Under the pieces are notes generated by a model. That model was given only the letters and a program-made list of their open reading frames with translations, was not told the origin of the DNA and searched no databases. A program made the translations under genes and the position numbers. DNA of 64,000 bases from Leptonemataceae bacterium (GTDB lineage: Bacteria > Spirochaetota > Leptospiria > Leptospirales > Leptonemataceae), in contig OZ245742.1 of NCBI GenBank assembly GCA_965227295.1, forward strand, positions 2,528,001-2,592,000. Reading direction: 5' to 3'. Each line of letters begins with the position of its first letter. Within the stretch, counting starts at the first letter, position 1. This document shows positions 1 to 10,239 of the stretch, piece by piece.

Positions 1-533
1 CGCTGCCGCTGGGACTCATCGGCGTGAGCATCGGATTCCTGACGGCCGGCAAGGCGCTGAGCTTCTTCGCCATGATCGGCATGATCGGCCTCGCCGGGGT
101 GGTCGTGAACTCTTCGATCGTCCTCGTGGACTTCATCGAGCAACTGCAACGCGAGGGCCGGGATCGTTACACGGCGCTGAGCGAAGCGGCGGGCATTCGT
201 TTCCGGCCGATCCTGCTCACCACGCTCACGACCATGGCCGGCCTGTTGCCGACGGCCTACGGCATCGGCGGTTCGGATCCGGTGTTGATCCCCATGACGC
301 TCGCTCTCGCCTGGGGCCTGTCGACGGGCACGTTCGGGGCGCTAATATTAATTCCGTGTATGTTTGCGATCGGCTACGACATCCAGGATTTTCTCGGGCG
401 GCGCATGAACGGCGGAAGTGCGGGTGTGAGCAGCGCGCAGGTGAGTGCGATGAGTCAGGACGATGCGGGGGCGAGCCTGTACGATGAGCCGGCCAATCGC
501 GGGCGCGGACGTACGCCGCGCGCGGGGAAGTGA
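1..533 (+). CDS. RND/AcrB-family efflux transporter, C-terminal part (5' truncated by window)
   Basis: Frame is open from the window start (LPLGLIGV...). Motifs [19 protein letters not shown] and [18 protein letters not shown] are typical of the last AcrB-family TM helices. Confidence 0.9.
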   Translation, partial: LPLGLIGVSIGFLTAGKALSFFAMIGMIGLAGVVVNSSIVLVDFIEQLQREGRDRYTALSEAAGIRFRPILLTTLTTMAGLLPTAYGIGGSDPVLIPMTLALAWGLSTGTFGALILIPCMFAIGYDIQDFLGRRMNGGSAGVSSAQVSAMSQDDAGASLYDEPANRGRGRTPRAGK

Positions 534-534
534 A

Positions 535-915
535 TCAACCCTCCGCGCTCTTCCGCTTACCCTCGATCTCCACCTGCCGCAAAAACAACGACAGCATCGT
601 GTAGATCGATTGCAGCAAACCTGCGTCTGCGTCGGCGAAACGAACGGAGATCATCCATCTGCCGTTTTCCCACCAGCAACGTTCGCAATGCGTGAGGCAT
701 TCGAAGTGCAGGCTGCGATCGTTGCGGGAGCGCAGGACCACAAAGACCGGTGTGCCGCGGCAGACACGGCCGTCTACGCCGAAGGTCAGGCCGCCGCAAC
801 GCGGGGCACGCCGACGTTCCGTCGGATGGACCCGGGCCGTGCCGCTTTCATCGATGCGATAGCGCACCGTAAAGACGGCGTCGACCTCGGGAAAACTTTC
901 GTTACCGAACATCAT
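535..915 (-). CDS. Probable stand-alone PilZ-like domain protein
   Basis: ERRRAPR (RxxxR) motif, beta-strand pattern and W-x-I-S-V-R-F near the C-terminus. The D/NxSxxG motif is not clear. Confidence 0.55.
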   Translation of the reverse strand: MMFGNESFPEVDAVFTVRYRIDESGTARVHPTERRRAPRCGGLTFGVDGRVCRGTPVFVVLRSRNDRSLHFECLTHCERCWWENGRWMISVRFADADAGLLQSIYTMLSLFLRQVEIEGKRKSAEG

Positions 916-1092
916 AAGCGAGACTCTGTGTGATTAGACGAATGCAAGCTCCACGGGATCGCCGCTTCGGTTCAAATTCTTCGTGACACGCGGGCCCTGG
1001 TGCGCCGCACTGGTGCGGCCCCGCAATTTCATATAAAAGTAACCGATCTGCAACGTGAAATCATTCCGAACAGTCGATACTTGCAATCATAG

Positions 1093-1506
1093 ATGATCCG
1101 TACTGTTTTTCCTTCATCTATTCTGGCCGCGGCGATATTGGCCGCGTTAGCTTTCCCGCTCTCCGTCTCCGCATCCGGCTGGGAGACCTGCCGTTCCGAC
1201 TGGCAGCGCTACTGCAACTCTGTCGGCGATCAGTACTCCGTCTTTCAATGTCTGCAAGAACGCGAGGAGGACCTGGCTCCCGTGTGTCGGCAGTTTCTCA
1301 GCAAGGAGCACGCCCGACTGCGGGCCGGTGCCCGGAAGTCCTGCGGTGACGATTACGCGCGACTCTGCTGGTATGTGGTGCCGGGAGACGGTCGCATCTT
1401 CCGCTGCCTTCAGGGACAACTGGAACGGTTGTCCTCGGACTGTCGGGCTCACTTCGATACGCTGCCGGATATCAGTGGATCGGCGGGCCACTTCTATACC
1501 CTGTAA
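1093..1506 (+). CDS. Secreted cysteine-rich repeat protein
   Basis: Signal peptide followed by two C-x2-D-x4-C...C-L...C repeats (CRSDWQRYC / CGDDYARLC). Confidence 0.75.
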   Translation: MIRTVFPSSILAAAILAALAFPLSVSASGWETCRSDWQRYCNSVGDQYSVFQCLQEREEDLAPVCRQFLSKEHARLRAGARKSCGDDYARLCWYVVPGDGRIFRCLQGQLERLSSDCRAHFDTLPDISGSAGHFYTL

Positions 1507-1620
1507 AATTGATAGTTTTACCGCGGACGCATTGCCTTTCGTTCAGGAACTACAAAGATTCGCGAAAATAAACGATTTTGTATTGAAACCAATGCCGCCT
1601 GAGCGGTATCACACCGGATC

Positions 1621-3678
1621 ATGAGGAGTTTCTTGCGTTCACTTCAGGGCCGGCTGGTTACGTACTTTCTAATTCTGAGCGTAGTCCCCCTGTTCATCGT
1701 CCTCGTTGCCACCACAGCCGGGAACCAACTTCTCATTCAGGCCACCATTCGCGAAGAGGTCGAAGTTCTGGCCGCCGCGAAACACCATTCGTTGAACCGC
1801 CACGTGGATATGATGCTGCGTCAGGCGGCGCAACTGGCGGACGATCCCGCGCTGCGCGGATGTGTGGCCGCGGATTTCGGCGGGGCGTCCTGCGGTGAGG
1901 CCGACGCCGCACTGCGTCGTTTCCAGGAAGGCAACTGGGGCCTGTACCATCACATCATGCTCGCCGACGGAAGCGGCCGGGTGCGCCTCAGTCCCCGGCA
2001 CGGCAGTCGCAACAATCATCATCTCGGCCAGGACATCAGTGTGGCCGAGGGTTTTGACGAGGGTCGTCGCACGCCCACCGTTTCCGGCTTCTTCGGTTTC
2101 GAAGAAAATGACCACTATCATCAAATGCTATTTTATCCGGTGCGCGGCGGCGCGGGCGTCCTGGTGCTTGAAGTGGAGATTCAGTTCATCTACGATATGT
2201 TGTTCGAAAGCTTTGCGTGGCGGGACTACGGTCGGCTCGTGTTGTTTACGCCGGACGGTCATCGGGTGGTGCGCAATCGTGAGGAGGTCGCGGGGGTTGC
2301 CGACCACGGAGGTCTGCACGCCATGCAGGAGATGCTGGACGAAAGGACGCGGAACAACAAGGTCGAAGCGGAGGAGGCCGGCGACGATACCATGCTGGTC
2401 GCCGGATCGTACCGCAACGAGAAAGGACAACGCGTCCTCGGTGCTTACGTCCGCGGGGATCGGCCCTGGATCCTCGCGGTGGAAATCGAAGAGGCGCGCA
2501 TCTATCGTCCGCTCTACTTCAGCGCGCTCATTGCTCTGCTCGTGTCTCTGGCGGCGACCGCGGTCATCATTACCGCGGTGTGGTACGCCAGCCGGCGTCT
2601 CACGCGACCGATTACGGCGCTGGCGGACCAGTTCCGGAACCTGGCCGCCGGCGAAAGCGATCTGCGCGTGCGCATCGAATCCAACGTCGGCCAGGCGGAG
2701 ATCGACGGTCTCGCCCGGGACTTCAACACGTTCCTGGAACAGCTCGGTGAGATCGTCCAGGACGTGCAGAATACCTCGGCATCGTCGATGGAAGCCGCGG
2801 AATCCTTAAGTGGTAGCGCCATGACATTAAAGAAGCGCGCCACGAGTACGGCGCAGCAGATCCAGGAAGCCGCCGCCACGGTGGAAGAGATATCCAGTTC
2901 GTTTGAGAACGTCGTCCAGCTCGTGGACCGCCAGTACGATTCAATCACCGTCAGTTCGCTGTCGACAAAGGAGATGGACGCATCGCAGCAGCACATCGGA
3001 AGCAACGTCGCCGAGTTAAAGAAACTCAGCGATCGCGCCGGAGAACTGGGCAGTCGCGGCGAGGGTGTGTTGCGTACGGCGGTGGAAAGTATCGCGGCGA
3101 CCCGCCAGACCGGCGAACGCATTCGCGAGATCCTGGGAATGATCGAAGAGGTTTCGGATCGCACGAACCTGCTGGCGCTCAACGCGTCGATTGAAGCGGC
3201 CCGGGCCGGGGAAGAAGGCCGCGGATTCGCGGTGGTGGCCGGTGAAGTCTCGCGCCTGGCCGATACGTCCGCGGAGTACTCCGGGGAAATCCAGGAACTT
3301 ACCGCGCAGACCCTGGAACACCTGCAACGCAACTCCGAGCGCATCGACGAGGTGAGCGAGGTCCTCACCGGCCTGGTCGAAGTCATCCGTTCGGTGGAGA
3401 ACTACGTGAGCGGCATCAACGAGGCGGTCAGTGCGCAATCGGAAAAGACCGGCGATCTGGGCGAGGCCATGGAGTCCCTGGAAAAAGACGCCTCGGATAT
3501 GCGCACGCTCAACCGCGAGCAACTGAAGGCGGCTCAGGACATCAACGACGGTCTGCAAAGTATTTCCGGCATCGCCGACGATCTTTCGCAGTTGTCCGCG
3601 AACCTCGACGAAACCGCCGGCCGCGTCACCCGTCTCGGCCGCTCCATCGAAGCGACGCTCCGTCGATTCGCGACGTGA
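1621..3678 (+). CDS. Methyl-accepting chemotaxis protein (TM-sensor-TM-HAMP-MCP)
   Basis: Two TM segments, HAMP, and signalling motif [30 protein letters not shown]. Confidence 0.95.
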   Translation: MRSFLRSLQGRLVTYFLILSVVPLFIVLVATTAGNQLLIQATIREEVEVLAAAKHHSLNRHVDMMLRQAAQLADDPALRGCVAADFGGASCGEADAALRRFQEGNWGLYHHIMLADGSGRVRLSPRHGSRNNHHLGQDISVAEGFDEGRRTPTVSGFFGFEENDHYHQMLFYPVRGGAGVLVLEVEIQFIYDMLFESFAWRDYGRLVLFTPDGHRVVRNREEVAGVADHGGLHAMQEMLDERTRNNKVEAEEAGDDTMLVAGSYRNEKGQRVLGAYVRGDRPWILAVEIEEARIYRPLYFSALIALLVSLAATAVIITAVWYASRRLTRPITALADQFRNLAAGESDLRVRIESNVGQAEIDGLARDFNTFLEQLGEIVQDVQNTSASSMEAAESLSGSAMTLKKRATSTAQQIQEAAATVEEISSSFENVVQLVDRQYDSITVSSLSTKEMDASQQHIGSNVAELKKLSDRAGELGSRGEGVLRTAVESIAATRQTGERIREILGMIEEVSDRTNLLALNASIEAARAGEEGRGFAVVAGEVSRLADTSAEYSGEIQELTAQTLEHLQRNSERIDEVSEVLTGLVEVIRSVENYVSGINEAVSAQSEKTGDLGEAMESLEKDASDMRTLNREQLKAAQDINDGLQSISGIADDLSQLSANLDETAGRVTRLGRSIEATLRRFAT

Positions 3679-3699
3679 TGATCCCCTTTGCTGACACGA

Positions 3700-3787
3700 C
3701 CCGATCTTAAGTATAAGTGGTCTGAAGTTAGGTCGGGCGCGGGGGCACGCCCAAGCTAACTTCAATTATTTTACCCTTAAGCTCGGG
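3700..3787. other. Long imperfect hairpin between convergent genes
   Basis: CCCGATCTTAAG/CTTAAGCTCGGG, TGAAGTTAG/CTAACTTCA and GGGCG/CGCCC form nested complementary arms. Confidence 0.7.
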
Positions 3788-3808
3788 GCATCCACGAACT
3801 ACGGATCA

Positions 3809-5689
3809 TCAATGCGACACTCGATTTCTGCCGGCGCGTTTGCTTTTGTACAGCAGACCGTCGATGCGTGAATAGAAGCCGTCCGTGCGTTCGCCGCGGG
3901 CGTGTTGGCCGCAGCCGATGGAAACGGTAACATGCAGTGAGCGGCCGTTAAAGGCGATGCTCAGCGCGGCCAGGCGCGAGCGGATTTTCTCGGCGGTGGT
4001 GACGGCCCCGTCCAGTTCGGTCTCGGGCAACAAAATCAGAAACTCCTCGCCGCCGGAGCGCGCGACCAGGTCGGCCTTGCGGGTGTGCTGCTGCAAACAT
4101 TCGGCTACGCGCATGAGCACCTCGTCCCCGGCCAGATGGCCGTGCTCGTCGTTGACTTCTTTAAAGAAGTCCAGGTCCACCATGAGCATGCTGAACGTGG
4201 AACTGTAGCGTTCCGCGCGTTCGATTTCCTTTTCAAGTTCCTGAAAAAATACGCGGCGGTTCCACAGGCCGGTCAACGGATCGGTGGCCGCGAGTTCATT
4301 GAGTTTCGCTTCGTAGCCGGCCTTGTACAATGAAGCGGAGAGCACGGGCGCGAACAGATCGATGTGCTCGCGTTCCTGTTCCGAGAAGGCATCACCGGCG
4401 GTGCGGAAAAAGTACACGGCACCGAGGATGCGGTTTTCGGACATGATCGGCGCACCGATAAACGTAAACGCGCCCAACTGCGTGAACTCCGGTTGCGAGA
4501 GGCGATGACCGGCGTAGTCTTCAATGATGAACGAATTCGTGTTGTGATAGATGAGGCCGTAGGGTGTGTCCAGGGCCGGCGTGCGAAATTCCTGGAAGTC
4601 CGCCATGACCTTCGGATCCTTACTGAACAGATGGGCGAAGCGCAGCGTATCGTCCTCGCTTTCGTGCAGAGCGATGACGGCCAGGTCTGCCGTGAGCAGT
4701 TCCGCCGTTCCGGAGAGCGCGGTTTCGATGGTCCGATCGGCGCCCTGTTCGGTGAGCAGGCGCGTGAGCAGGCCGTTGACGCGGCTGCTCAATTGGACGG
4801 TGGCGTCCAGGCGGCGGTCCGCGGCCCGGCGCGGTCCCTCGACTCCGGTAAAGGTCGTAATGATCATGGGCGCGGCGCCGCGTCCCAGCGGGCTTGAGGA
4901 AACCAGCATGTACCCACCGACGCTTTCCAGGTAATACACCTCCTCGTGCGGAGCGTTGGTGGCCAGGGAACGCTGGAACGGCGCGTCCTGAAAGGCCGTG
5001 CTCTCGTTCTCTTTGCGGGCGCGCCATTGGGCCGGGGGCAGCGGCCGGCCGCGGAGTTCCCGCGCGTCCTGTTCGCTGAGCTGCAACACCCGGCGCGCCG
5101 TAGCATTCATGCGCACCAGGTTACCGTTGGAATTCAACAACAGGATGCCGGTGGGAATGAGTTCGAAGATGCCCGTCAGCAGTTCCTCGCGCTGGCGTAG
5201 ATTGAGATCGAGCAACACGCCCGGCGTGAGATCGCGGCAGACGAGCAGGGCGCCCTCGACTTCGCCGCTCTCGCGGCTTTCCACGGGGATGGCGGTCAGC
5301 ACGGCATGCAGGCACTCACCGGTTTTATGGATCAACTGCACGTCGTCCGAAGCGACGATCTCCCCGTCTTCCAGCGCCGGGCCGTAGATGCGATCCAGGA
5401 TCTCCGCGTCCGAAAGCGCCGCGACTCCGGGATTCTTACGTTGTTCTGCCTCGCGATCCACCAGGATGAGGCCGCGAAAATCCCGACCGCGCAGTTCCGA
5501 GCGCGGCCGACCCAGTAAACGACACGCTGCCTGGTTGGCGTAGCTGATGCGATGCTCTCTGTCCACCGAGACGATGGCGTCGCTCACCGCGTTTAATAAG
5601 TAGTAGTTGGTTTCGAGTTTGTCCGGAGAGACGAACGTGAGTCCGACTGCATCCACGCGTCCTTCAGGTTGCCAGGCGTCATACTGCAT
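3809..5689 (-). CDS. Diguanylate cyclase with PAS, PAS and GAF domains
   Basis: ATDPLTGLWNRR, DLDFFKEVNDEHGHLAGD, RKAD I-site and SGGEEF active site. N-terminal PAS- and GAF-like segments. Confidence 0.93.
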   Translation of the reverse strand: MQYDAWQPEGRVDAVGLTFVSPDKLETNYYLLNAVSDAIVSVDREHRISYANQAACRLLGRPRSELRGRDFRGLILVDREAEQRKNPGVAALSDAEILDRIYGPALEDGEIVASDDVQLIHKTGECLHAVLTAIPVESRESGEVEGALLVCRDLTPGVLLDLNLRQREELLTGIFELIPTGILLLNSNGNLVRMNATARRVLQLSEQDARELRGRPLPPAQWRARKENESTAFQDAPFQRSLATNAPHEEVYYLESVGGYMLVSSSPLGRGAAPMIITTFTGVEGPRRAADRRLDATVQLSSRVNGLLTRLLTEQGADRTIETALSGTAELLTADLAVIALHESEDDTLRFAHLFSKDPKVMADFQEFRTPALDTPYGLIYHNTNSFIIEDYAGHRLSQPEFTQLGAFTFIGAPIMSENRILGAVYFFRTAGDAFSEQEREHIDLFAPVLSASLYKAGYEAKLNELAATDPLTGLWNRRVFFQELEKEIERAERYSSTFSMLMVDLDFFKEVNDEHGHLAGDEVLMRVAECLQQHTRKADLVARSGGEEFLILLPETELDGAVTTAEKIRSRLAALSIAFNGRSLHVTVSIGCGQHARGERTDGFYSRIDGLLYKSKRAGRNRVSH

Positions 5690-5813
5690 GTTCGGGGATG
5701 CTCACGTCCCGGTCACGGCGGAGTTCCGCGCCGGATCATACATCGTAGCATCGTCCTTCTGCCCGGCAAGTCTTTTGCAAAATCGCCCCGACCGCACTTT
5801 TTCGCTGGAACAA

Positions 5814-5859
5814 TATACGGTATCGTATAATTCTGACACAAGTTATACGATGCCGTATA
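5814..5859. promoter_or_regulatory. Tandem palindromic operators (TATACG-N4-CGTATA x2), probable TetR sites
   Basis: TATACGGTATCGTATA at 5814-5829 and TATACGATGCCGTATA at 5844-5859, directly before SD AAGGAGG (5861-5867) of an operon encoding a TetR regulator. Confidence 0.75.
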
Positions 5860-5871
5860 AAAGGAGGTCGA

Positions 5872-6396
5872 ATGCTGCTCGATCACTACTGTCCGGAGTA
5901 CGATTATAACGAGGTGCATGCCGGCCGGTTGCCGGGCACTCCGGCGGAGAACTACGCCCTCGTACGACGCCTGGACTTCAGTTCGTCCTGGATCATTCGC
6001 ATGCTCTTTTTTCTGCGCGGCCTCGACGCGAGCGCCCTCAGTCTGGATGCCATGCTGGCCGGAGACGAGTTCGGCATGTTGCAGGAAGATCCCCCGCACG
6101 AGTACGTCGTCGGCGGCCTGGTGAGCCCCCGGCTCAAGGCCGTGGCAATCACTTCGACCGAACACTTCCTGGAGTTTCAGGAGCCCGAGGCCATGAAGCT
6201 CGCCTGGAACTTTATCCTGAAGCCCGGCGACGGCGACACCGTGGTTACGACGGAAACCCGGGTGCTCTGTCTCGGCAGTAAGATGAAACGCAAGTTTGCC
6301 GTGTATTGGTTTTTCATTCGCCCGTTCAGCGGTCTGGTGCGTCTGGAGATGTTGCGCGGCCTGCGCCGGGAGTCCCGGCACCGGACAACGACATGA
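5872..6396 (+). CDS. Conserved hypothetical protein (DUF2867-like)
   Basis: Strong SD. AWNF...TETRV...KF.VYWFFIRPFSGLVR pattern. Stop overlaps the next start (ATGA). Confidence 0.7.
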   Translation: MLLDHYCPEYDYNEVHAGRLPGTPAENYALVRRLDFSSSWIIRMLFFLRGLDASALSLDAMLAGDEFGMLQEDPPHEYVVGGLVSPRLKAVAITSTEHFLEFQEPEAMKLAWNFILKPGDGDTVVTTETRVLCLGSKMKRKFAVYWFFIRPFSGLVRLEMLRGLRRESRHRTTT

Positions 6397-7007
6397 AAGA
6401 TCGCAAGAACGTCAGCGTCGAAGATTGGTTGTACGCCGGCTTACTGGCGTTTGCCGAAGGCGGTGAGGCCGGCGTGCGCGTGGAAAGAATCGCGCAGAGC
6501 CTGGGGGTCAGCAAGGGCAGTTACTATTACTACTTCTCGTCGCGGCAGGAATACCTTGAGCGCATGCTGGACTATTCTCTGCAAATCGGTACCCAGGACT
6601 TCATTGATCGGGCGTCCGGGGCCGGCGACCCTGTGGAGCGTCTGCGTGTGCTGACGCTCGCAGTCTTTCAGGATCGCCGCGAGCGGGACTTCGATTTTCA
6701 TCTACGTGATTATGCCCGCCGCAGCGAATTCGCCGCGCGTATCGTGAAGCGCACCGATCGGCAGCGCATCGAATTTGTACGGAACCTTTTGATCGAAGCC
6801 GACGTGGTGCCCGGAGAAGCGCTCTTGCGTGCGGAGATTTACTATAATTATTATCTGGGATGGTACCAACGACGCAAGGACGTGCAGCCGGGACGCCGGG
6901 AACTGCGAGCGCAGTTGGAGATCGTTGCCCGCATTGCGGGCGTGGACCTGACCGGCGCTCCGGACCCGGCGCGGCGAACCGCGGCACGCGGTCTCCAAAA
7001 GAATTGA
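6393..7007 (+). CDS. TetR/AcrR family transcriptional regulator
   Basis: HTH VRVERIAQSLGVSKGSYYYYF. ATG at 6393 overlaps the upstream stop. Confidence 0.92.
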   Translation: MKDRKNVSVEDWLYAGLLAFAEGGEAGVRVERIAQSLGVSKGSYYYYFSSRQEYLERMLDYSLQIGTQDFIDRASGAGDPVERLRVLTLAVFQDRRERDFDFHLRDYARRSEFAARIVKRTDRQRIEFVRNLLIEADVVPGEALLRAEIYYNYYLGWYQRRKDVQPGRRELRAQLEIVARIAGVDLTGAPDPARRTAARGLQKN

Positions 7008-7080
7008 CATACACCGTGCGATCCACTTCCGGCCGGCGGATCGGGTTGACAGAGAGCCTTCGTCGCCGTTCCCTGTCACC

Positions 7081-7944
7081 ATGTCTGACGTAACCATCGG
7101 TGTAATCGGCGGCTCCGGATTGTACGATCTGGACGGCCTCGAAGTCAAAGACGAGGTGTTCCCGGAAACTCCCTGGGGCAAACCCTCGGACTCCATCGTC
7201 ATCGGCGAGTTCGGCGGCAAGCGCCTGGCCTTTCTGCCCCGCCACGGTCGCGGTCACTTTTTGCCGCCGCACCAGGTTCCCTGGCAGGCAAACATCGCTG
7301 CCCTCAAAATGCTCGGCGTCGAAGAGATCGTCGCCTTCTCCGCCGTGGGTTCGTTGCGCGAAGAGCTGCCGCCCCGGGACTTCATCCTGCCAAATCAAAT
7401 CATCGACCGCACCAAAGGCATTCGCCCGTCGACGTACTATGAAGACGGCATCGTCGTGCACGCCACGTTCGGCGATCCCTTCAGCGACTATCTGCGCGAC
7501 ATCATCTGGGCCAAACGCGACGCCCTGGAGAACGCCACCATGCATCGAGACAAAACGCTCATCTGCATGGAGGGCCCGGCCTTCTCCACTCGTGCCGAGT
7601 CGAACATGTACCGCCAGCTCGGCGGCGACATCATCAACATGAGTTCCATTCCCGAATCGAAGCTGGCCATGGAACTGGAAATCAGCTATCAAATGGTCTG
7701 CATGTCCACGGACTACGACTCCTGGAAGATTGAAGAAGAAGCCGTGACCGCCGAGGAGATCATCCGTGTGCTGGGAGACAACTCCGCCAACGGAAAGAAG
7801 CTGCTCGCCGCGATCATTCCCGACCTCGGCACGCAGTCGAACCCGCGCAAGGGCAGCGTGAAAAACGCGGTCATCACCGCCCCGGACAAACGTAATCCCG
7901 AGACGGTCAAGAAACTCAATCAGGTCCTGCCCGGTTACTTCTAA
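7081..7944 (+). CDS. mtnP: S-methyl-5'-thioadenosine phosphorylase
   Basis: IGVIGGSGLY, PRHGRGH, AVGSLREE, EGPAFSTRAES, STDYDSW motifs. Confidence 0.95.
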   Translation: MSDVTIGVIGGSGLYDLDGLEVKDEVFPETPWGKPSDSIVIGEFGGKRLAFLPRHGRGHFLPPHQVPWQANIAALKMLGVEEIVAFSAVGSLREELPPRDFILPNQIIDRTKGIRPSTYYEDGIVVHATFGDPFSDYLRDIIWAKRDALENATMHRDKTLICMEGPAFSTRAESNMYRQLGGDIINMSSIPESKLAMELEISYQMVCMSTDYDSWKIEEEAVTAEEIIRVLGDNSANGKKLLAAIIPDLGTQSNPRKGSVKNAVITAPDKRNPETVKKLNQVLPGYF

Positions 7945-7945
7945 C

Positions 7946-8857
7946 ATGCCCGGCGCCGCTCGCACTACCCTATGCGTGCTAATTGTTAGTGCGCTTGTGT
8001 TAACGGCGCCGGCGTCGCTGCGTTCCCAGGCCTTTTTGCTGCAACCCGGCTCCGGGGCGGGGCTGCAGGGCGAAAAGTTCCCGAGTCCCCGGGACCCGTC
8101 CTACGTCGCGCCGGTCCTGCCCCAGGGCGTGCGCGAGGACGCCGGTGATTCCCTGGAAGACCCGGCGTTGCTGCTCGCCACCGGCGGCCTCGAAGGCGGC
8201 GGCGGGGATCTGCTGTCCGTCTTCACCGAGCGTCGTCGGCGCCAGCAGGAAGCCGCGCGCCGCAACGACCGCTACGGAGAACAGCGCGCCCTCGACCTGG
8301 AAGAGGCGGGCCAGGAACGCGTACTGGCCGAGCAGTCGGTGCTCAATCAATTCGGCGATCGTGGTTTCCCGCGGGGCCTCGGTTCTCCGCCGCAGTACAC
8401 CGAAACGCCGGCCCGTCGCTTTGGAATCATCTGGGGTCTTTCCATGCCCATTACCACCGGCTTCGCCGCCGCTCTCTACGAACTTGCCGGGCCCGGCATC
8501 CGTACCAACGGCGCGCCGGACTACGCGGCCCTGGGCGGCGTCTTCGCCGGCGGTGCCCTGCTGGCTGCTTTCATTGCGTACTACGATTACGATGAGATGC
8601 AGCAGCTCTACGCGCATCGCCAGGCCCACGCCGCGCACCGCCGTTATTTAATGAGCCGGGACGGGCCGCGCGGCGCCAAGGGCGCCCTGGGGGGCGACAA
8701 CAACGTCTCGTACCTGGAACGCGCGGAACGCCCGCACGCGAGCCTGGATGCAAGCGTCATCTTGAAGCAGTACTCAGCCGCTAACTTCCCCACCGTAGAT
8801 GTTAATCGAGGGCGAGACGAACACCGGGCCGCCCTCGGCTGGAGCTTTCGCTTTTGA
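7946..8857 (+). CDS. Hypothetical exported/membrane protein
   Basis: Signal peptide, two hydrophobic segments, C-terminal Phe. Tightly packed in the operon. Confidence 0.6.
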   Translation: MPGAARTTLCVLIVSALVLTAPASLRSQAFLLQPGSGAGLQGEKFPSPRDPSYVAPVLPQGVREDAGDSLEDPALLLATGGLEGGGGDLLSVFTERRRRQQEAARRNDRYGEQRALDLEEAGQERVLAEQSVLNQFGDRGFPRGLGSPPQYTETPARRFGIIWGLSMPITTGFAAALYELAGPGIRTNGAPDYAALGGVFAGGALLAAFIAYYDYDEMQQLYAHRQAHAAHRRYLMSRDGPRGAKGALGGDNNVSYLERAERPHASLDASVILKQYSAANFPTVDVNRGRDEHRAALGWSFRF

Positions 8858-9834
8858 TGCGTTTGTTTCGTTGCGCGGTACTGTTGGTGTTGGTGGGCAC
8901 GGCCTGCGGCCGGGCGGATGACGCAGCGATTCCCGTCGGTGATCTGGGGCCCATGCGCGTTCTGGCCTATAACGTGCAGTGTCCGTTCTGCAATTACGAT
9001 TTCATCTGGCCGTTTCGCTTACAGGAAATGGCGGTTTCGTTTTTCTTTCACCAGCCCGATCTCGTCGCCGCGCAGGAGTTGATCACCGACTACGACGCCG
9101 CGCATTTTCAGGACGCCCTGGGCTGGAATCGCGAAACCGGCGAACGTTATTTCGCCCGGATCTGCCGCGCGCACTGCGACAGTGCCATCTTTTATCGGAA
9201 GAGCAAGTATCGCGAGCTGGAGCGCGGCAGTGTGTGGCTCACGAACTGGCCGCCGCGGAAAATTCTCTGGGCCCGCCTGGAACAAAAGTCCAACGGCGCG
9301 CAGTTTATCTTCGCCAGTACGCACTTCGACAACCATCAACCGAATCAGGAACGCAGCGCCCGCCTCGCCGCGGCATGGGCCTTCGAGTGGCTGAACCGCG
9401 GTGTGCCGGTCATACTGGCCGGCGACTTCAACTCGTCGTTGTCCGGCCGCGCCACGGTCAAGGACGGTACCAGGGCCGCGTCCGCCGCCGGTTTCGCGCT
9501 GCTCGCCGGCACCTTCACGAACGCCTACGAACTTTCACCACGCTGCGAGATTCACACGAACCACACGGATCCCGCGACGAACGTCTTTCGATTTGAAGAG
9601 GCCATCGATCACATCTGGTTGCTTTCGCCGCACGGCGGAATACGGGACGCCGGCTGGAGCGTCGACAACTGGCTCGTCAACTATCGCTGGTTCCGCCATC
9701 CGCACGCCCCGCGGGTCTGGTATCCCTCGGATCACTGGCCGATCATGGCCGAACTGAGCTGGAGCGCGGACGATCGAAAAGCAACGCCGGCGGTTGCTAA
9801 GAGTGATTGCGTAATTGTTAAGACGGAGTTGTAA
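8854..9834 (+). CDS. Endonuclease/exonuclease/phosphatase family lipoprotein
   Basis: LAYNV, AQE, STHFD, LAGDFNS, IDHIW, SDHWP motifs. Lipobox-like VGTAC. Confidence 0.9.
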   Translation: MMRLFRCAVLLVLVGTACGRADDAAIPVGDLGPMRVLAYNVQCPFCNYDFIWPFRLQEMAVSFFFHQPDLVAAQELITDYDAAHFQDALGWNRETGERYFARICRAHCDSAIFYRKSKYRELERGSVWLTNWPPRKILWARLEQKSNGAQFIFASTHFDNHQPNQERSARLAAAWAFEWLNRGVPVILAGDFNSSLSGRATVKDGTRAASAAGFALLAGTFTNAYELSPRCEIHTNHTDPATNVFRFEEAIDHIWLLSPHGGIRDAGWSVDNWLVNYRWFRHPHAPRVWYPSDHWPIMAELSWSADDRKATPAVAKSDCVIVKTEL

Positions 9835-9957
9835 TTCGGAATTCTTCGCGCCACCGAGTGCGAAGCACGGAGGGGAACGCGCATACAAGCATTACTTTCC
9901 TATAAGTTAACGTTGCGTTTTTTGGCCTGGAATCATGGCAGAATTAAAGCGAGACTT

Positions 9958-10082
9958 TTTGGGCGCCTCGCCGCCTTCGGCGGCGACCGGGCTTTCCAGG
10001 GCTCCGCGCTACGCGCTTCGGTCCTCCGCTACGCTCCGGACTCGCGGCTGCGCCGCGACCCTTCCAATCCCTGGCGCGAAGA
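9958..10082 (+). repeat. Structured intergenic repeat, family C copy 1
   Basis: Shares TTTGGGCGCC, CGCTTCGGTCCT, CGGACTCGCG and ATCCCTGGCGCGAAGA with 34854-35005. Confidence 0.75.
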
Positions 10083-10239
10083 GATGCAAATTCGCGGGTA
10101 TCACTGTTTGATAGCGACATCGTCTCCCGCGACTTTTTGGTCAGCCCCCGCAGCGAAGGATCCCGGAGCGCGAAGCGCGGAGGGGAACATCACTCCGGCT
10201 TCGCCTGCGGTCCTCCGCTTCGCTCCGGGAGCAGTTTTG

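Noticed and set aside
3700..3787. SRP RNA (4.5S), attC or dif site
   Set aside because: AGGT...AAGC flank the apex, but there is no GNRA tetraloop or CAGG/AGCA loop, no attC end boxes and no XerC/XerD consensus.
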